From positions 2,016,001 to 2,080,000 of the forward strand of contig OZ252220.1 in assembly GCA_965249135.1 (NCBI GenBank): a DNA stretch of 64,000 bases, read 5' to 3'. This document shows positions 40,031-50,800 of this stretch, one piece after another. The position numbers and the translations under genes are program-made. Each line of letters opens with the position of its first letter. Position 1 is the first letter of the stretch. Origin of the DNA: Alphaproteobacteria bacterium. GTDB lineage: Bacteria > Pseudomonadota > Alphaproteobacteria > GCA-2746255. The notes under the pieces are model-generated. The model worked only from the letters and a program-made list of their open reading frames with translations, was not told where the DNA came from and searched no databases.

Positions 40031-42064
40031 ATGCGAAGGACAAAGACGCAACCAGCAGCGAAAAAGTCCACGCCCACGGGGCCGGTTGGCCGGGATCAGC
40101 CTTGGCTCTTCCGGACCTATTCGGGGCATACCTCGGCGGCGGCCTCGAACGCGCTTTACCGGACGAACCTGGCGCGAGGTCAGACGGGCCTTTCAATCGC
40201 CTTCGATCTGCCAACCCAGACGGGCTACGACGCAGACCACGAGCTCGCCCGTGGCGAGGTCGGCAAGGTCGGCGTGCCCATCTCCCATCTTGGCGACATG
40301 CTGACCCTCTTCGAGGGCATCCCGCTTGACCGCATGAACACCTCGATGACGATCAACGCCACGGCACCTTGGCTGCTTGCGCTTTACGTTGCAGCGGCTG
40401 AAAAACAGGGACTCGCTCGTGACACGTTGAGCGGCACCGTTCAGAACGATCTTGTTAAGGAATATCTCTCGCGCGGAACGTATATCTTTCCGCCTGCTCC
40501 CAGTATGAAGCTCACGGCCGACGTGATCAGCTTCACCTATGGGGAGATCCCGAAGTGGAATCCGATCAACGTCTGTTCCTATCATCTGCAGGAGGCGGGT
40601 GCGACACCGGTACAGGAACTCGCCTTTGCGCTCGCGACGGCCTGCGCCGTGCTCGATTCGGTGCGCGATTCGGGCCAAGTGCCGAAAGCGGATTTCCCCA
40701 AAGTCGTCGGCCGCGTCAGCTTCTTCGTGAATGCTGGAATCCGCTTCATCACCGAAATATGCAAGATGCGCGCGTTCGTTGACCTGTGGGATGAAATCAC
40801 GCAGGACCGTTACGCAGTGAAGGATCCGAAATTTCGCCGTTTTCGTTACGGCGTACAGGTCAATTCACTCGGCCTTACCGAACAACAGCCGGAGAACAAC
40901 GTTTATCGAATCCTTCTAGAGATGCTTGCCATCGTGCTTTCGAAAGATGCGCGGGCCCGCGCCGTTCAATTACCGGCTTGGAACGAAGCACTTGGTCTGC
41001 CGCGCCCCTGGGATCAGCAGTGGAGTCTGCGCCTCCAGCAGATCGTTGCCTATGAGACGGATCTTCTCGAATACGAAGACATCTTTAATGGCTCCACCGT
41101 CATCGATAAGAAAGTCGAAGAATTGAAAAAGGGTGCTCGCGATGAGCTTCGTCAGATCGAAGAAATCGGCGGCGTCCTTGCCGGCATCGAGTCCGGCTAC
41201 ATGAAGCAGCGCATTGTCGAGTCGAATAATCGTCGCATTGCCACCGTCGAATCGGGGGAGCGGATCGTCGTAGGGGTCAATCGTTATCAGGAGACGGCGG
41301 CTTCACCCCTGATGGCGGGCCAGGACGGTGGATACCTTACCCCGGATCCCAAGGCCGAGGGGGGTCAGATCGCACGGCTCAAGGCGTGGCGGGAGGACCG
41401 TGATGCGAAGGCGGTGGCAACGGCGCTGGAGACGCTTCGCAGCGCCGCCAAGAGCGGACAGAATATCATGAAACCCTCAATCGCCTGTGCCCATGCCGGT
41501 GTGACGACGGGGGAATGGGGCGATCTTCTCCGTGAAATTTTTGGGGAATACCGTGCGCCTACCGGCGTGCAAGGGGCGGTGGGCGCCGCCCAAAATCTCG
41601 ACGCATTCCAGGCCGTTCGCGCACGCGTGGACAGGGTTACGAAGAAACTTGGTCAACCGATCAAGTTCCTTGTCGGCAAGCCGGGTCTTGATGGTCACTC
41701 AAGCGGGGCGGAGCAATTGGCGCTTCGGGCACGAGACGTCGGCATGGAGGTTATTTACGAGGGCATCCGGCTCACACCTTCCCAGATCGTCGAGTCGGCA
41801 ATCGAAGAGGGCGTGCACGTCATAGGACTTTCCATTCTTTCAGGGTCGCATCTGGGACTCGTGCAAAGCGTTCTCGAGCAGATGCGAACGAGCGGCATCG
41901 AAGACCTCCCCGTCGTGATCGGCGGCATCATCCCGCCGGAGGACGAAAAGTTGCTGAAAGAGATGGGCGTTGCCCGCGTCTATACGCCGAAAGACTACGA
42001 TTTCTCGGCAATCCTGGAGGACATCGTCGATTTGATCGACAAGCGCCTTCAGGCGGTGGCTTGA
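40031..42064 (+). CDS. ecm: Ethylmalonyl-CoA mutase (MeaA)
   Basis: WLFRTYSGH, SYHLQEAGA and B12 motif GLDGHSSG; divergent from ccr. Confidence 0.92.
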   Translation: MRRTKTQPAAKKSTPTGPVGRDQPWLFRTYSGHTSAAASNALYRTNLARGQTGLSIAFDLPTQTGYDADHELARGEVGKVGVPISHLGDMLTLFEGIPLDRMNTSMTINATAPWLLALYVAAAEKQGLARDTLSGTVQNDLVKEYLSRGTYIFPPAPSMKLTADVISFTYGEIPKWNPINVCSYHLQEAGATPVQELAFALATACAVLDSVRDSGQVPKADFPKVVGRVSFFVNAGIRFITEICKMRAFVDLWDEITQDRYAVKDPKFRRFRYGVQVNSLGLTEQQPENNVYRILLEMLAIVLSKDARARAVQLPAWNEALGLPRPWDQQWSLRLQQIVAYETDLLEYEDIFNGSTVIDKKVEELKKGARDELRQIEEIGGVLAGIESGYMKQRIVESNNRRIATVESGERIVVGVNRYQETAASPLMAGQDGGYLTPDPKAEGGQIARLKAWREDRDAKAVATALETLRSAAKSGQNIMKPSIACAHAGVTTGEWGDLLREIFGEYRAPTGVQGAVGAAQNLDAFQAVRARVDRVTKKLGQPIKFLVGKPGLDGHSSGAEQLALRARDVGMEVIYEGIRLTPSQIVESAIEEGVHVIGLSILSGSHLGLVQSVLEQMRTSGIEDLPVVIGGIIPPEDEKLLKEMGVARVYTPKDYDFSAILEDIVDLIDKRLQAVA

Positions 42065-42900
42065 GAATCACCTACCGTTTCGTTTGCGGCCCAACCGGTC
42101 AGATAAATAATTTGGAAGGTTGCCGAAAGTTGGTTCTTCGCCTCCTGAAAGCGATCCTTATAGGCCTTCGCCATGCGAAGGAACGTCCCGCGTGGCGTAA
42201 AGTTTCGTCGCCGCGCATGAAGGGCGTTCGCTTCTCCCATATTTCTAAGATCAGCCATTAAATTAAAGACGGTCGGATAAGTCGCCGTAATCGTGTCGCA
42301 GTCGGAAACCGGCTCGATAAAACCCGCCCGCTGCAAAAGCTGACCGGCGTCTCGGGTTTCCGTGAAGGGTGAAATCCGTGGACTGACACCGCCCTCCACT
42401 TCCGTTTCCGCAATGAGAAAAGCCTCGTAGAGTTCTTTCAGCGTTTCTCCGCCAAGTACCGCGCCGAGGAAAAGACCTCCCGGCTTTAGGCAATGGCGTA
42501 TCTGGACAAGCGCGCCCGGTAGATCGTTCACCCAATGGAGGCTTAGACAGCTAAGCACAAGATCAAAACGCCGTTCTCCGAATGGCAGAAATTCCTCATC
42601 CGTAACGAGAGGCAGAAGGTTGCTATCTTGCTGGACGGCGCGTCTTGCCATTGACGGGGAAAGATCACACGCAACCGTGTGCTCGGTACCGTGCCGTTTT
42701 TGCATTAGGCCTGCCAAATATCCGGTGTGGCAGCCGAGGTCGAGAACCTCTGGGAAGTCACGGAGCACATCATCGAGTCGATCGGCAAGGCGCTCCGCTA
42801 CCTCGCGAAACAAAAAGTCGTGTCCGTCAAAGGCGTCGGATACACGATCCCGATGCCGACGAACAAGGGCACGATCGAAAAGGCTTACTTCGTCGGACAT
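42049..42900 (-). CDS. SAM-dependent methyltransferase (NDUFAF5/BioC-like)
   Basis: LFDR, LDLGCHTG, LHWVNDLPG and GGVSPRISP. Confidence 0.85.
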   Translation of the reverse strand: MSDEVSLFDRALVRRHRDRVSDAFDGHDFLFREVAERLADRLDDVLRDFPEVLDLGCHTGYLAGLMQKRHGTEHTVACDLSPSMARRAVQQDSNLLPLVTDEEFLPFGERRFDLVLSCLSLHWVNDLPGALVQIRHCLKPGGLFLGAVLGGETLKELYEAFLIAETEVEGGVSPRISPFTETRDAGQLLQRAGFIEPVSDCDTITATYPTVFNLMADLRNMGEANALHARRRNFTPRGTFLRMAKAYKDRFQEAKNQLSATFQIIYLTGWAANETVGDSQATA

Positions 42901-43000
42901 GGCAAATTTATGACACGTCCAACCAACCCAGACAAAGGGGGCCTCGAAAGCCAAGGGAACGATTGACAAGCCGCCCCATCAGCGATCACATTTTCTTCCA

Positions 43001-43747
43001 ATGACCAGCGTCGAACGGCATGCCGGTATCCATCGGTTCGGAAGTCATCTGCTCAATCTTCTCTTGCCTTCGCAGTGCCTTGCCTGTGGGGTGACGATTG
43101 ACCAACAGGGCGGCCTTTGTGCGGCTTGCTGGGAGGCGGTCGATTTTCTCTCACCACCTTGTTGTGCCGCCTGCGGTTACCCCTTCGAGTTCAATGCCGG
43201 TGAAGGAGCCCTGTGTGCTGCCTGTCTCGAACGGCGACCAGCCTACGGTAGGGCGAGAGCCGTCATGCGATACGCGTCCCCGGCGCGAGACTTGGTCCTT
43301 GGCTTCAAACATGGCGACCGGACCTATGCGGCCCCTGCTTTTGGTCGCTGGCTTTACCGTGCGGGCCAGGAATTGCTGACGGATGCGGACATGCTTGTGC
43401 CGGTACCTCTTCATTGGACCCGCCTTTTCCAACGCCGTTTCAATCAATCGGCTCTGATCGCGCGCGCCTTGGGGCGCCTGAGCGGGATCCCGGTTCGTGC
43501 CGATCTCTTGCTACGTCACCGCCGAACGTCCTCTCAAGGTGTTCTCAGCCCAGCTGCCCGCCGCCGCAATGTATCCGGCGCCTTTACACTTCGTCAGAAC
43601 AACGAAGCTTGGGTTTCCGGGAAACAAATTCTGCTCATCGACGATGTGATGACCACCGGTGCCACCGTGGAAGCTTGTGCGGAAACACTGCTTGATGCGG
43701 GGGCGGCAGGCGTCGACGCGCTTACGCTCGCCCGGGTTATCCGCTGA
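43001..43747 (+). CDS. ComF family protein
   Basis: Double Zn ribbon, PVPLHW..RRFNQS and LIDDVMTTGAT. Confidence 0.92.
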   Translation: MTSVERHAGIHRFGSHLLNLLLPSQCLACGVTIDQQGGLCAACWEAVDFLSPPCCAACGYPFEFNAGEGALCAACLERRPAYGRARAVMRYASPARDLVLGFKHGDRTYAAPAFGRWLYRAGQELLTDADMLVPVPLHWTRLFQRRFNQSALIARALGRLSGIPVRADLLLRHRRTSSQGVLSPAARRRNVSGAFTLRQNNEAWVSGKQILLIDDVMTTGATVEACAETLLDAGAAGVDALTLARVIR

Positions 43748-43766
43748 AAGCGAGGCTAGGGGTCGA

Positions 43767-44618
43767 ATGATGACGCAATCCTTCATTGTGGCCTGCGTTC
43801 AGACAAATTCCGGACGGGATATCGAGCCAAATTTCAACCCCGTTTCCGATCTTGTTTTGCAGGCGCGGAAAGCTGGAGCGGATTTCATTTTGCTCCCGGA
43901 AAACGTCGCTATGATGGAGCCCACACGCAAGGGGCTCCTCGAAAAAGCCGTAGCAGAGGACATGCATCCGGCCCTCGTCCATTTCCGCAATCTGGCGAAA
44001 AAAACGGGGGCATGGCTACTGGTTGGTTCGCTCTCCATCCGGCTGAATGAAAAGCAGGTGGCCAATCGCTCCTTTCTCCTCGACGCCGAAGGCGGAATCG
44101 TCACGCAGTACGACAAGATCCATATGTTCGATGTCGATCTTGAAGATGGTGAGTCCTATCAAGAATCGAAAATTTACCGTTCCGGCGAACAAGCGGTAAT
44201 GGCCGATACACCGTGGGGGCCGGTCGGACTCACGATCTGCTATGACCTTCGCTTTCCGCATCTCTACCGTACGCTTGCCCGGGCCGGTGCGAAATATCTC
44301 ACCGTGCCTTCTGCCTTTACGCGGACGACCGGAAGAGCGCATTGGCATACGCTGATACGTTCCCGGGCCATCGAGACCGGGGCCTACCTGTTCGCTCCCG
44401 CCCAATGCGGAAACCACGCAGGCAATCGACAAACCTTTGGTCATTCCCTTGTCGTCGACCCATGGGGGGAGGTGCTTGCCGATGGTGGCGATGAGGTTGG
44501 TGTTGTCCTAGCCGAGATCGACCCTAAGAAAGTCGATGCGGCGCGACGGAAGATCCCATCGCTTCACCACGACAGGCCATTCGTCCTGGCGTCTGCTTCG
44601 AAGTCCTCTGAATCGTAA
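43767..44618 (+). CDS. Carbon-nitrogen hydrolase (Nit1-like)
   Basis: LPE, YDKIHMFD and ICYDLRFP. Confidence 0.9.
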   Translation: MMTQSFIVACVQTNSGRDIEPNFNPVSDLVLQARKAGADFILLPENVAMMEPTRKGLLEKAVAEDMHPALVHFRNLAKKTGAWLLVGSLSIRLNEKQVANRSFLLDAEGGIVTQYDKIHMFDVDLEDGESYQESKIYRSGEQAVMADTPWGPVGLTICYDLRFPHLYRTLARAGAKYLTVPSAFTRTTGRAHWHTLIRSRAIETGAYLFAPAQCGNHAGNRQTFGHSLVVDPWGEVLADGGDEVGVVLAEIDPKKVDAARRKIPSLHHDRPFVLASASKSSES

Positions 44619-44625
44619 ATTCGTC

Positions 44626-45168
44626 TTAGTGCCACGGGTTCGGATTCTTGATAGCGGCGATCCGTTGCAGAACTGCAGGGTTTGGCTCACCTCGCTCCAG
44701 TTGCTCGTAGGAAACGACATGGAGCGTACCCGCGAGACGCTGCAGGAGCTCGCCATCCTCTAGGAGGTAATCCGGGTTCCTTGGGTGACCGAAACGCTCG
44801 TTGCCTTTGGCAAAGGTCTCGTAAATCAGAACTCCGTTGTCATCCAATGATTCGATAAACCTCGGAAAGAGGGGACGATAAAGATAGTTCGTAACAACGA
44901 TGCCGGCAAAACGGGATTCCTGAAACGGCCATGGTTGAGCGCCTTCTAGGTCCACCTCGATCGCCGAGACCTTCGGGTGATTGCGAAGCTCCCCGAGCCG
45001 CTCGAGATTCCGGTCAACGGCAACGACCGGATGGCCGTGGTCCAGAAAAAATTGGGTGTTACGACCATGGCCGCAGGCGATGTCCAGGATTTCTCCGCCT
45101 TTGTGAATGCGATTCACAAATCGGGTGACCCAAGGGGAAGGCGGCAAGGTTTGATCTGCGTGCGTCAT
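44626..45168 (-). CDS. Class I SAM-dependent methyltransferase
   Basis: LDIACGHGRN, VTNYL and LIYETF. Confidence 0.85.
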   Translation of the reverse strand: MTHADQTLPPSPWVTRFVNRIHKGGEILDIACGHGRNTQFFLDHGHPVVAVDRNLERLGELRNHPKVSAIEVDLEGAQPWPFQESRFAGIVVTNYLYRPLFPRFIESLDDNGVLIYETFAKGNERFGHPRNPDYLLEDGELLQRLAGTLHVVSYEQLERGEPNPAVLQRIAAIKNPNPWH

Positions 45169-45198
45169 AAGGAAGGTTGTTTGTTCTTTTATTTTTCA

Positions 45199-45969
45199 CT
45201 ACGATGGTCGCTGGTCCGCTTGCGTCGCGAAAGCAAGATAGTTGACTTCCAAACTACGACTCAAGCGCCACGCATCGTGCAAGGGATCGTAGATCATTCC
45301 GCTTAGATCCTGAATGACGAAACCATGTGGCCTTAAAAAATTTGCAACTTCAGATGGCCGCAAAAACTTTTGCCAAGTGTGGGTGCCTCGAGGAAGCCAG
45401 CGCATCACGTATTCTGCCCCGACGATGGCAAGCAGATACGCTTTGATTGTCCGGTTCAAGGTGGCAACCACCATCGCACCGTTATCCTTTATCAATGCCG
45501 CACAACTTCCAAGGAAGGCATCCGGATTGACGACATGTTCGACGACTTCCAAGTTGAGAACGGCATCAAACTTTCGGCCTTCCGTCACCATGGCTTCGGC
45601 AGTCGATAGACGATAGTCGATAGTCAAGCCCATCTGCTCCGTGTGCTGGCGGGCGATTTCGATGTTGCGTTCAACAACGTCGATGCCGGTCACCTCTGCA
45701 CCGAGCCGGGCAAGTGGCTCGCATAAGAGCCCACCGCCACATCCAATGTCGAGAATGGAAAGATCCTTGAATGGTTTTGGCTGAAGCGGATCGCGTCCGA
45801 AATGCGCAGCCAGGTGATCCCGGATAAAGGCGAGGCGGATGGGATTAATCCGGTGAAGGGGGCGAAATTTCCCATGCGGGTCCCACCAGGCATCCGCGAT
45901 CGCCTCGAAACTTGCGACTTCGCGTGCATCCACGCTGCTTGATTCGGGGTTCTGGACAATATCCGCCAC
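45199..45969 (-). CDS. ubiG: Ubiquinone biosynthesis O-methyltransferase
   Basis: WWDPHGKFRPLH..NP.R, LDIGCGGG and LPRGTH. Confidence 0.95.
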   Translation of the reverse strand: MADIVQNPESSSVDAREVASFEAIADAWWDPHGKFRPLHRINPIRLAFIRDHLAAHFGRDPLQPKPFKDLSILDIGCGGGLLCEPLARLGAEVTGIDVVERNIEIARQHTEQMGLTIDYRLSTAEAMVTEGRKFDAVLNLEVVEHVVNPDAFLGSCAALIKDNGAMVVATLNRTIKAYLLAIVGAEYVMRWLPRGTHTWQKFLRPSEVANFLRPHGFVIQDLSGMIYDPLHDAWRLSRSLEVNYLAFATQADQRPS

Positions 45970-46142
45970 TTGGTTGCTCCTGATCGCCTGCTGGGCTCGG
46001 TTTTGGCTTGCCTTTCCGCCAGTTTACGATGGGGGCGGGCTTGTATCGGTGATTCCTTAAGAGTATGAATAGCCCCCGATTTCGGTAACTTACTGGATCA
46101 GGAAGGGTCCCGAAAGGCTGGAAACCGGCCGGGATGGGCCAG

Positions 46143-47363
46143 ATGGCGCGTGTCGTTCAAAAATTTGGTGGGACCTCCCTTGCGGATATCGAGCATATCC
46201 GCAATGCAGCCCAACGCGCGGTTGCCGAAGTCAAGGCGGGCAACGAAGTCGCGGTCGTTGTCTCTGCGATGGGAGGCATGACGGATCAATTGATTGATTG
46301 GGTCGATGAGGTCTCCGAGCAAGACGACTCGGCTGAATATGACAGCGTCGTTTCTGCTGGTGAACAGATCAGTTCAGGCCTGCTTGCGCTCGCCATCGAA
46401 AAGTTAGGCGTTCCCGCGCGCTCGTGGACAGGCTGGCAGGTGCCGGTGGCGACGGATGCCACACATGCGAAGGCGAGAATTCAGCAGCTCGATGCAACGA
46501 AGATCCTGCAGGATCTTAAGAGCGGAACGATTCCGGTCCTGGCAGGCTTTCAAGGCGTTGGGCCGGATGGCCGTGTGACGACCTTTGGCCGAGGCGGATC
46601 GGATACGTCTGCGGTCGCACTCGCCGCGGCTTTGGATGCCGAACGGTGTGACATCTTCACCGATGTTGAGGGCGTTTTTACATCGGACCCTCGTATCGTT
46701 GCCAAGGCGCGGAAGCTGGATAGAATTACGTATGAAGAGATGTTGGAGCTTGCCTCGCAGGGCGCCAAAGTTTTGCAGACTCGCTCCGTCGCACTGGCGA
46801 TAAAGCATCGGGTTCGCCTCCAGGTATTGTCCAGTTTTTCCGATGCCCCGGGCACGCTGGTTGTTGGCGAGGAGGAAATCGTGGAGCAAGAAATTGTCAG
46901 CGGGATCGCTTATAGCCGGGACGAGGCAAAAATCACCCTTGTGAAGGTGCCGGATCGGCCAGGCGTTGCGGCGGCTATCTTTGGTCCTTTGGCTGAGGCG
47001 GACATCAACGTCGACATGATCGTCCAGAACGTTTCCGAAGACGGCAGTGCGACGGATCTGACGTTTACGGTAACGCGCGGCGACTTTGATCGGGCCCTTG
47101 AGTTGATTCAGGGGAAGAAGAAAGAGCTTAATTATCAAGCTCTTATACCGGATCCGAACGTAGCGAAGATCTCGGTGATCGGGGTTGGCATGCGAAGCCA
47201 TGTGGGCGTAGCCCAGCGGATGTTCCAGACCCTTGCCGAAAAGGGAATCAACATCCAGGTCATCTCCACCTCAGAAATCAAGGTGAGCGTCCTGATCGCC
47301 GAAGAATACACGGAACTGGCATTACGCGCGCTCCATTCCGCATACGGTTTGGATGCCTCCTAA
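46143..47363 (+). CDS. lysC: Aspartate kinase
   Basis: VQKFGGTS, GRGGSDTSA and two ACT domains. Confidence 0.96.
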   Translation: MARVVQKFGGTSLADIEHIRNAAQRAVAEVKAGNEVAVVVSAMGGMTDQLIDWVDEVSEQDDSAEYDSVVSAGEQISSGLLALAIEKLGVPARSWTGWQVPVATDATHAKARIQQLDATKILQDLKSGTIPVLAGFQGVGPDGRVTTFGRGGSDTSAVALAAALDAERCDIFTDVEGVFTSDPRIVAKARKLDRITYEEMLELASQGAKVLQTRSVALAIKHRVRLQVLSSFSDAPGTLVVGEEEIVEQEIVSGIAYSRDEAKITLVKVPDRPGVAAAIFGPLAEADINVDMIVQNVSEDGSATDLTFTVTRGDFDRALELIQGKKKELNYQALIPDPNVAKISVIGVGMRSHVGVAQRMFQTLAEKGINIQVISTSEIKVSVLIAEEYTELALRALHSAYGLDAS

Positions 47364-47367
47364 TTCG

Positions 47368-48387
47368 ATGGGAAAGGGCAACTCCCACCTCGATCGTTAC
47401 TGGCGAGGGGGGTGCGAATTCTTGGGCGTCGATTACGCCATTCTGGGCGGTGCCATGACGTGGCTGTCCGAGCGTCACTTGGTGGCCGCGTTGTCGAACG
47501 CAGGTGGATTTGGCGTGATTGCCTCGGGCCCGATGTCTCCCGACCAACTGTCGGAGGAAATCCGCGAGACGTTCGCGCGGACGGATCGTCCCTTCGGTGT
47601 CAATTTAATCACGATGCATCCAGAGCTAATGGCATTGATCGATACCTGCCTCGATCACAAGGTTTCCCATATCGTACTTGCCGGGGGCATTCCGTCCGCC
47701 AGTGCGATCGGTCGGATTAAGGCTACGAAGACAAAAGTGCTTTGCTTTGCTCCGAATCTAAACCTCGGACGCAAACTGATTAGTCGCGGCGCGAACGCCC
47801 TTATTATCGAAGGCATGGAAGCGGGGGGACACACGGGACCGGTGTCAACGAGCGTATTGGCTCAGGAAATCCTTCCGAATATCCGGGACGTGCCAGTTTT
47901 CGTGGCTGGCGGAATCGGTCGGGGGGAAGCAGTCCTTTCTTACCTTGAGATGGGTGCATCGGGCTGCCAGCTGGGAACCCGCTTTGTCTGTGCGGCGGAA
48001 TCGATCGCCCATCCTCGTTTCAAGGAGGCATTTATTAAGGCATCGGCTCGGGACGCGGTTCTTTCTGTCCAACTAGACCCAAAATTTCCGGTTATTCCGG
48101 TGCGAGCCTTGGCGAATCAGGCGACGGCGCGTTTCTTGGAAACGCAGCGAAGTGTGATCGAAAAATTTCGTCTTGGCGAAGTAAGTCAAAAGGATGCCCA
48201 ACTTGAAATCGAGCATTTCTGGGCAGGAGCGCTCCGTCGCGCCGCCATCGATGGCGACATCGAGAATGGATCGATGATGGCGGGCCAAAGTGTTGGTATG
48301 GTGACGCGCGAGCAATCTACGCATGAAATAATCCAGGAGCTACTGGAGCAGGCAGTTACCGCCTCGGAGGCACGAAACCAAATCTGA
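47368..48387 (+). CDS. Nitronate monooxygenase / FabK-like flavin oxidoreductase
   Basis: GGAM, PFGVNL, EAGGH, AGGI and GTRF. Confidence 0.85.
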   Translation: MGKGNSHLDRYWRGGCEFLGVDYAILGGAMTWLSERHLVAALSNAGGFGVIASGPMSPDQLSEEIRETFARTDRPFGVNLITMHPELMALIDTCLDHKVSHIVLAGGIPSASAIGRIKATKTKVLCFAPNLNLGRKLISRGANALIIEGMEAGGHTGPVSTSVLAQEILPNIRDVPVFVAGGIGRGEAVLSYLEMGASGCQLGTRFVCAAESIAHPRFKEAFIKASARDAVLSVQLDPKFPVIPVRALANQATARFLETQRSVIEKFRLGEVSQKDAQLEIEHFWAGALRRAAIDGDIENGSMMAGQSVGMVTREQSTHEIIQELLEQAVTASEARNQI

Positions 48388-48398
48388 GTCGTAGGGTC

Positions 48399-50675
48399 AT
48401 GACGACAAAGCCTGACGAACTCGCGCCCCGCCGTTTGCTGCGACGTCTGCGAGACGTCATGGCTTCTTCGGGCAATGCCCAGCGAAGGCTCGATGATGTT
48501 GCCAATATCATCGCAGCGGATCTGGTTGCTGAAGTTTGCTCCGTTTACTTGCTTCGCGCCGGAGAAGTTCTCGAACTATTCGCCAGCAAAGGACTTAAGC
48601 CGACGGCGGTTCACCAGACGCGTCTGCGCCTCGGGGAAGGGCTGGTCGGACACATCGCGGCAACGGCGAAACCGCTAAATCTGGCGGATGCCCAGACCCA
48701 TCCGGACTTTGCGTACCGCCCGGAAACCGGCGAGGAAATCTTTCACTCGCTTCTTGGTGTGCCGATTCTTCATGGTGGACACGTGGTCGGTGTTCTGGTC
48801 GTGCAGAATCAGACACGTCGACTTTATTCCGAAGTCGATCTCGAACTACTGCAAACAGTTGCCATGGTTTTGGCGGAACTTGTTGCCGGTGGCGAACTCG
48901 TTCCAAGAGATGAATTGTTCTCGGTCGAGGGAAACGTCGTTCTTCCCATTCGCCTGGGGGGCGTCGCACTCAATCCGGGGCTTGCTATGGGATGGGCCGT
49001 CCTGCACCAGCCCCGAATCGAACTTCGGGAGATGATTGCTGAGGATCCAATGCATGAACGTGCGCGTTTCGAGGAATCCCTTGGCAAGTTTCATAGCGCC
49101 TTGGACGAATTGGTCACCGCCGCCGACATCGTGATCGGCAGCGAACATCACGAGATTCTCGAAAGCTATCGGATGTTCACAAAAGACCGAGGGTGGTTGG
49201 GTCGGATCAGTGAGGCCATCGGGACCGGACTCACCGCAGAGGCGGCCGTTCAAAAAGTCCAGGAAGAAACCCGAGTGCGGATGGAGGCTATTACAGATCC
49301 GATCATCCGTGAAAAACTTTACGATCTGGACGATCTTGCGAACCGTTTGATTCAGCACCTGACCGGCCAGGAAAGCACGGCCGCCGGAGCCGATTTGCCA
49401 GACGACGTGGTGCTTATCGCCCGCAACATGGGCCCGGCCGAGCTTCTCGATTATGACCCGAAGAAACTCCGCGCCCTGATTCTCGAAGAAGGTTCACCGA
49501 CGTCACACGTTGCCATCGTGGCACGGACTCTGGATATTCCGGTCTTGGCACGTGTCAAAGGTGCCCTCGAGAAAATCGATCCTCTGGAACCGGTCATCGT
49601 CGATTGTGACGGCTCGCAGGTCTTCGTCCGGCCCGGCGAGGATGTGCAACAGACCTTTGCCGAAAGTATGAGTGTACTTGCCGAGCGCCAGGCGCTCTAT
49701 GCGGCGATTCGACATAAACCAGCGGTCACGGCGGACGGCGTTTCGATTTCACTTAATTTGAATGCCGGGCTCCTCATTGACTTAAAGCATCTGGAGGAAA
49801 GCGGGGCGGATGGTATCGGTCTCTACCGAACGGAAATTCTTTTCATGATCCGGCCCCGTTTTCCAAGCATCGATGAGCAAACGGAACTTTATCGACGCAT
49901 TCTCGATCAAGCGGGAGAGAAACCCGTTACCTTCCGAACGCTCGACATCGGCGGCGACAAACTTCTTCCTTATTTCTACGCCGACCAGGGTTCCGAAGAA
50001 AATCCCGCCATGGGGTGGCGGGCACTTCGAATTGCCCTCGATCGGCCACAACTGCTTCGTCAGCAGGCGCGCGCACTTTTACGCGCCGCCGACGGTAGGC
50101 GACTACGTGTCATGTTTCCGATGGTCGCGGAGGTAGCCGAGTACATGGCCGCGCGAAAACTTTTGGAAATGGAGATTTCGCGTGCGAAGCGTCAGGGAGA
50201 AAAACTGCCAGACAAAATCGAAGTTGGCGCCATGCTGGAAGTGCCGGCGCTTTTCTGGCAGTTGCCAGCCCTTCTTGCGCATAGCGACTTCCTCTCTGTC
50301 GGCAGCAATGATCTTTTTCAGTTTTTCTTTGCAAATGATCGCGGAAATCCACGCCTTTCCGGACGTTACGATTCACTCTCGCCTGCCTCTCTGACTTTTC
50401 TCCATACGCTTGTCCAGAAATGCGACTCCGCGAAAGTACCATTGGCATTATGTGGCGAGATGGCAGGCCGGCCGCTCGATGCAATGGCGCTTATCGGGCT
50501 TGGATTTCGCAACCTTTCGATGTCTTCGCCAGCAATTGGACCGGTAAAAACGATGGCCCATGATCTCCGCCTTGCGGCGCTTTCCAGCTACCTAGAAACG
50601 CTCTACAGTCTTCCAGACCACGGTGTTCGAGACAAATTGCGCGCCTATGCCCTTGACCATGGGATTCCAACGTAA
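48399..50675 (+). CDS. ptsP: PEP-protein phosphotransferase EI-Ntr
   Basis: N-terminal GAF domain, TSHVAI, GLYRTE and CGEMAG. Confidence 0.96.
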   Translation: MTTKPDELAPRRLLRRLRDVMASSGNAQRRLDDVANIIAADLVAEVCSVYLLRAGEVLELFASKGLKPTAVHQTRLRLGEGLVGHIAATAKPLNLADAQTHPDFAYRPETGEEIFHSLLGVPILHGGHVVGVLVVQNQTRRLYSEVDLELLQTVAMVLAELVAGGELVPRDELFSVEGNVVLPIRLGGVALNPGLAMGWAVLHQPRIELREMIAEDPMHERARFEESLGKFHSALDELVTAADIVIGSEHHEILESYRMFTKDRGWLGRISEAIGTGLTAEAAVQKVQEETRVRMEAITDPIIREKLYDLDDLANRLIQHLTGQESTAAGADLPDDVVLIARNMGPAELLDYDPKKLRALILEEGSPTSHVAIVARTLDIPVLARVKGALEKIDPLEPVIVDCDGSQVFVRPGEDVQQTFAESMSVLAERQALYAAIRHKPAVTADGVSISLNLNAGLLIDLKHLEESGADGIGLYRTEILFMIRPRFPSIDEQTELYRRILDQAGEKPVTFRTLDIGGDKLLPYFYADQGSEENPAMGWRALRIALDRPQLLRQQARALLRAADGRRLRVMFPMVAEVAEYMAARKLLEMEISRAKRQGEKLPDKIEVGAMLEVPALFWQLPALLAHSDFLSVGSNDLFQFFFANDRGNPRLSGRYDSLSPASLTFLHTLVQKCDSAKVPLALCGEMAGRPLDAMALIGLGFRNLSMSSPAIGPVKTMAHDLRLAALSSYLETLYSLPDHGVRDKLRAYALDHGIPT

Positions 50676-50800
50676 AGAGGAGGATGTGCTCTTGCTTGAC
50701 CCTCGTCTGCGAACCTTCCTATGCTGCAGGATCGGGTTTTGGCGGATGAACGGGTGGTATCGCATCGGCCCGAATCGACCTTCAGGAACAGAACGGTAGT

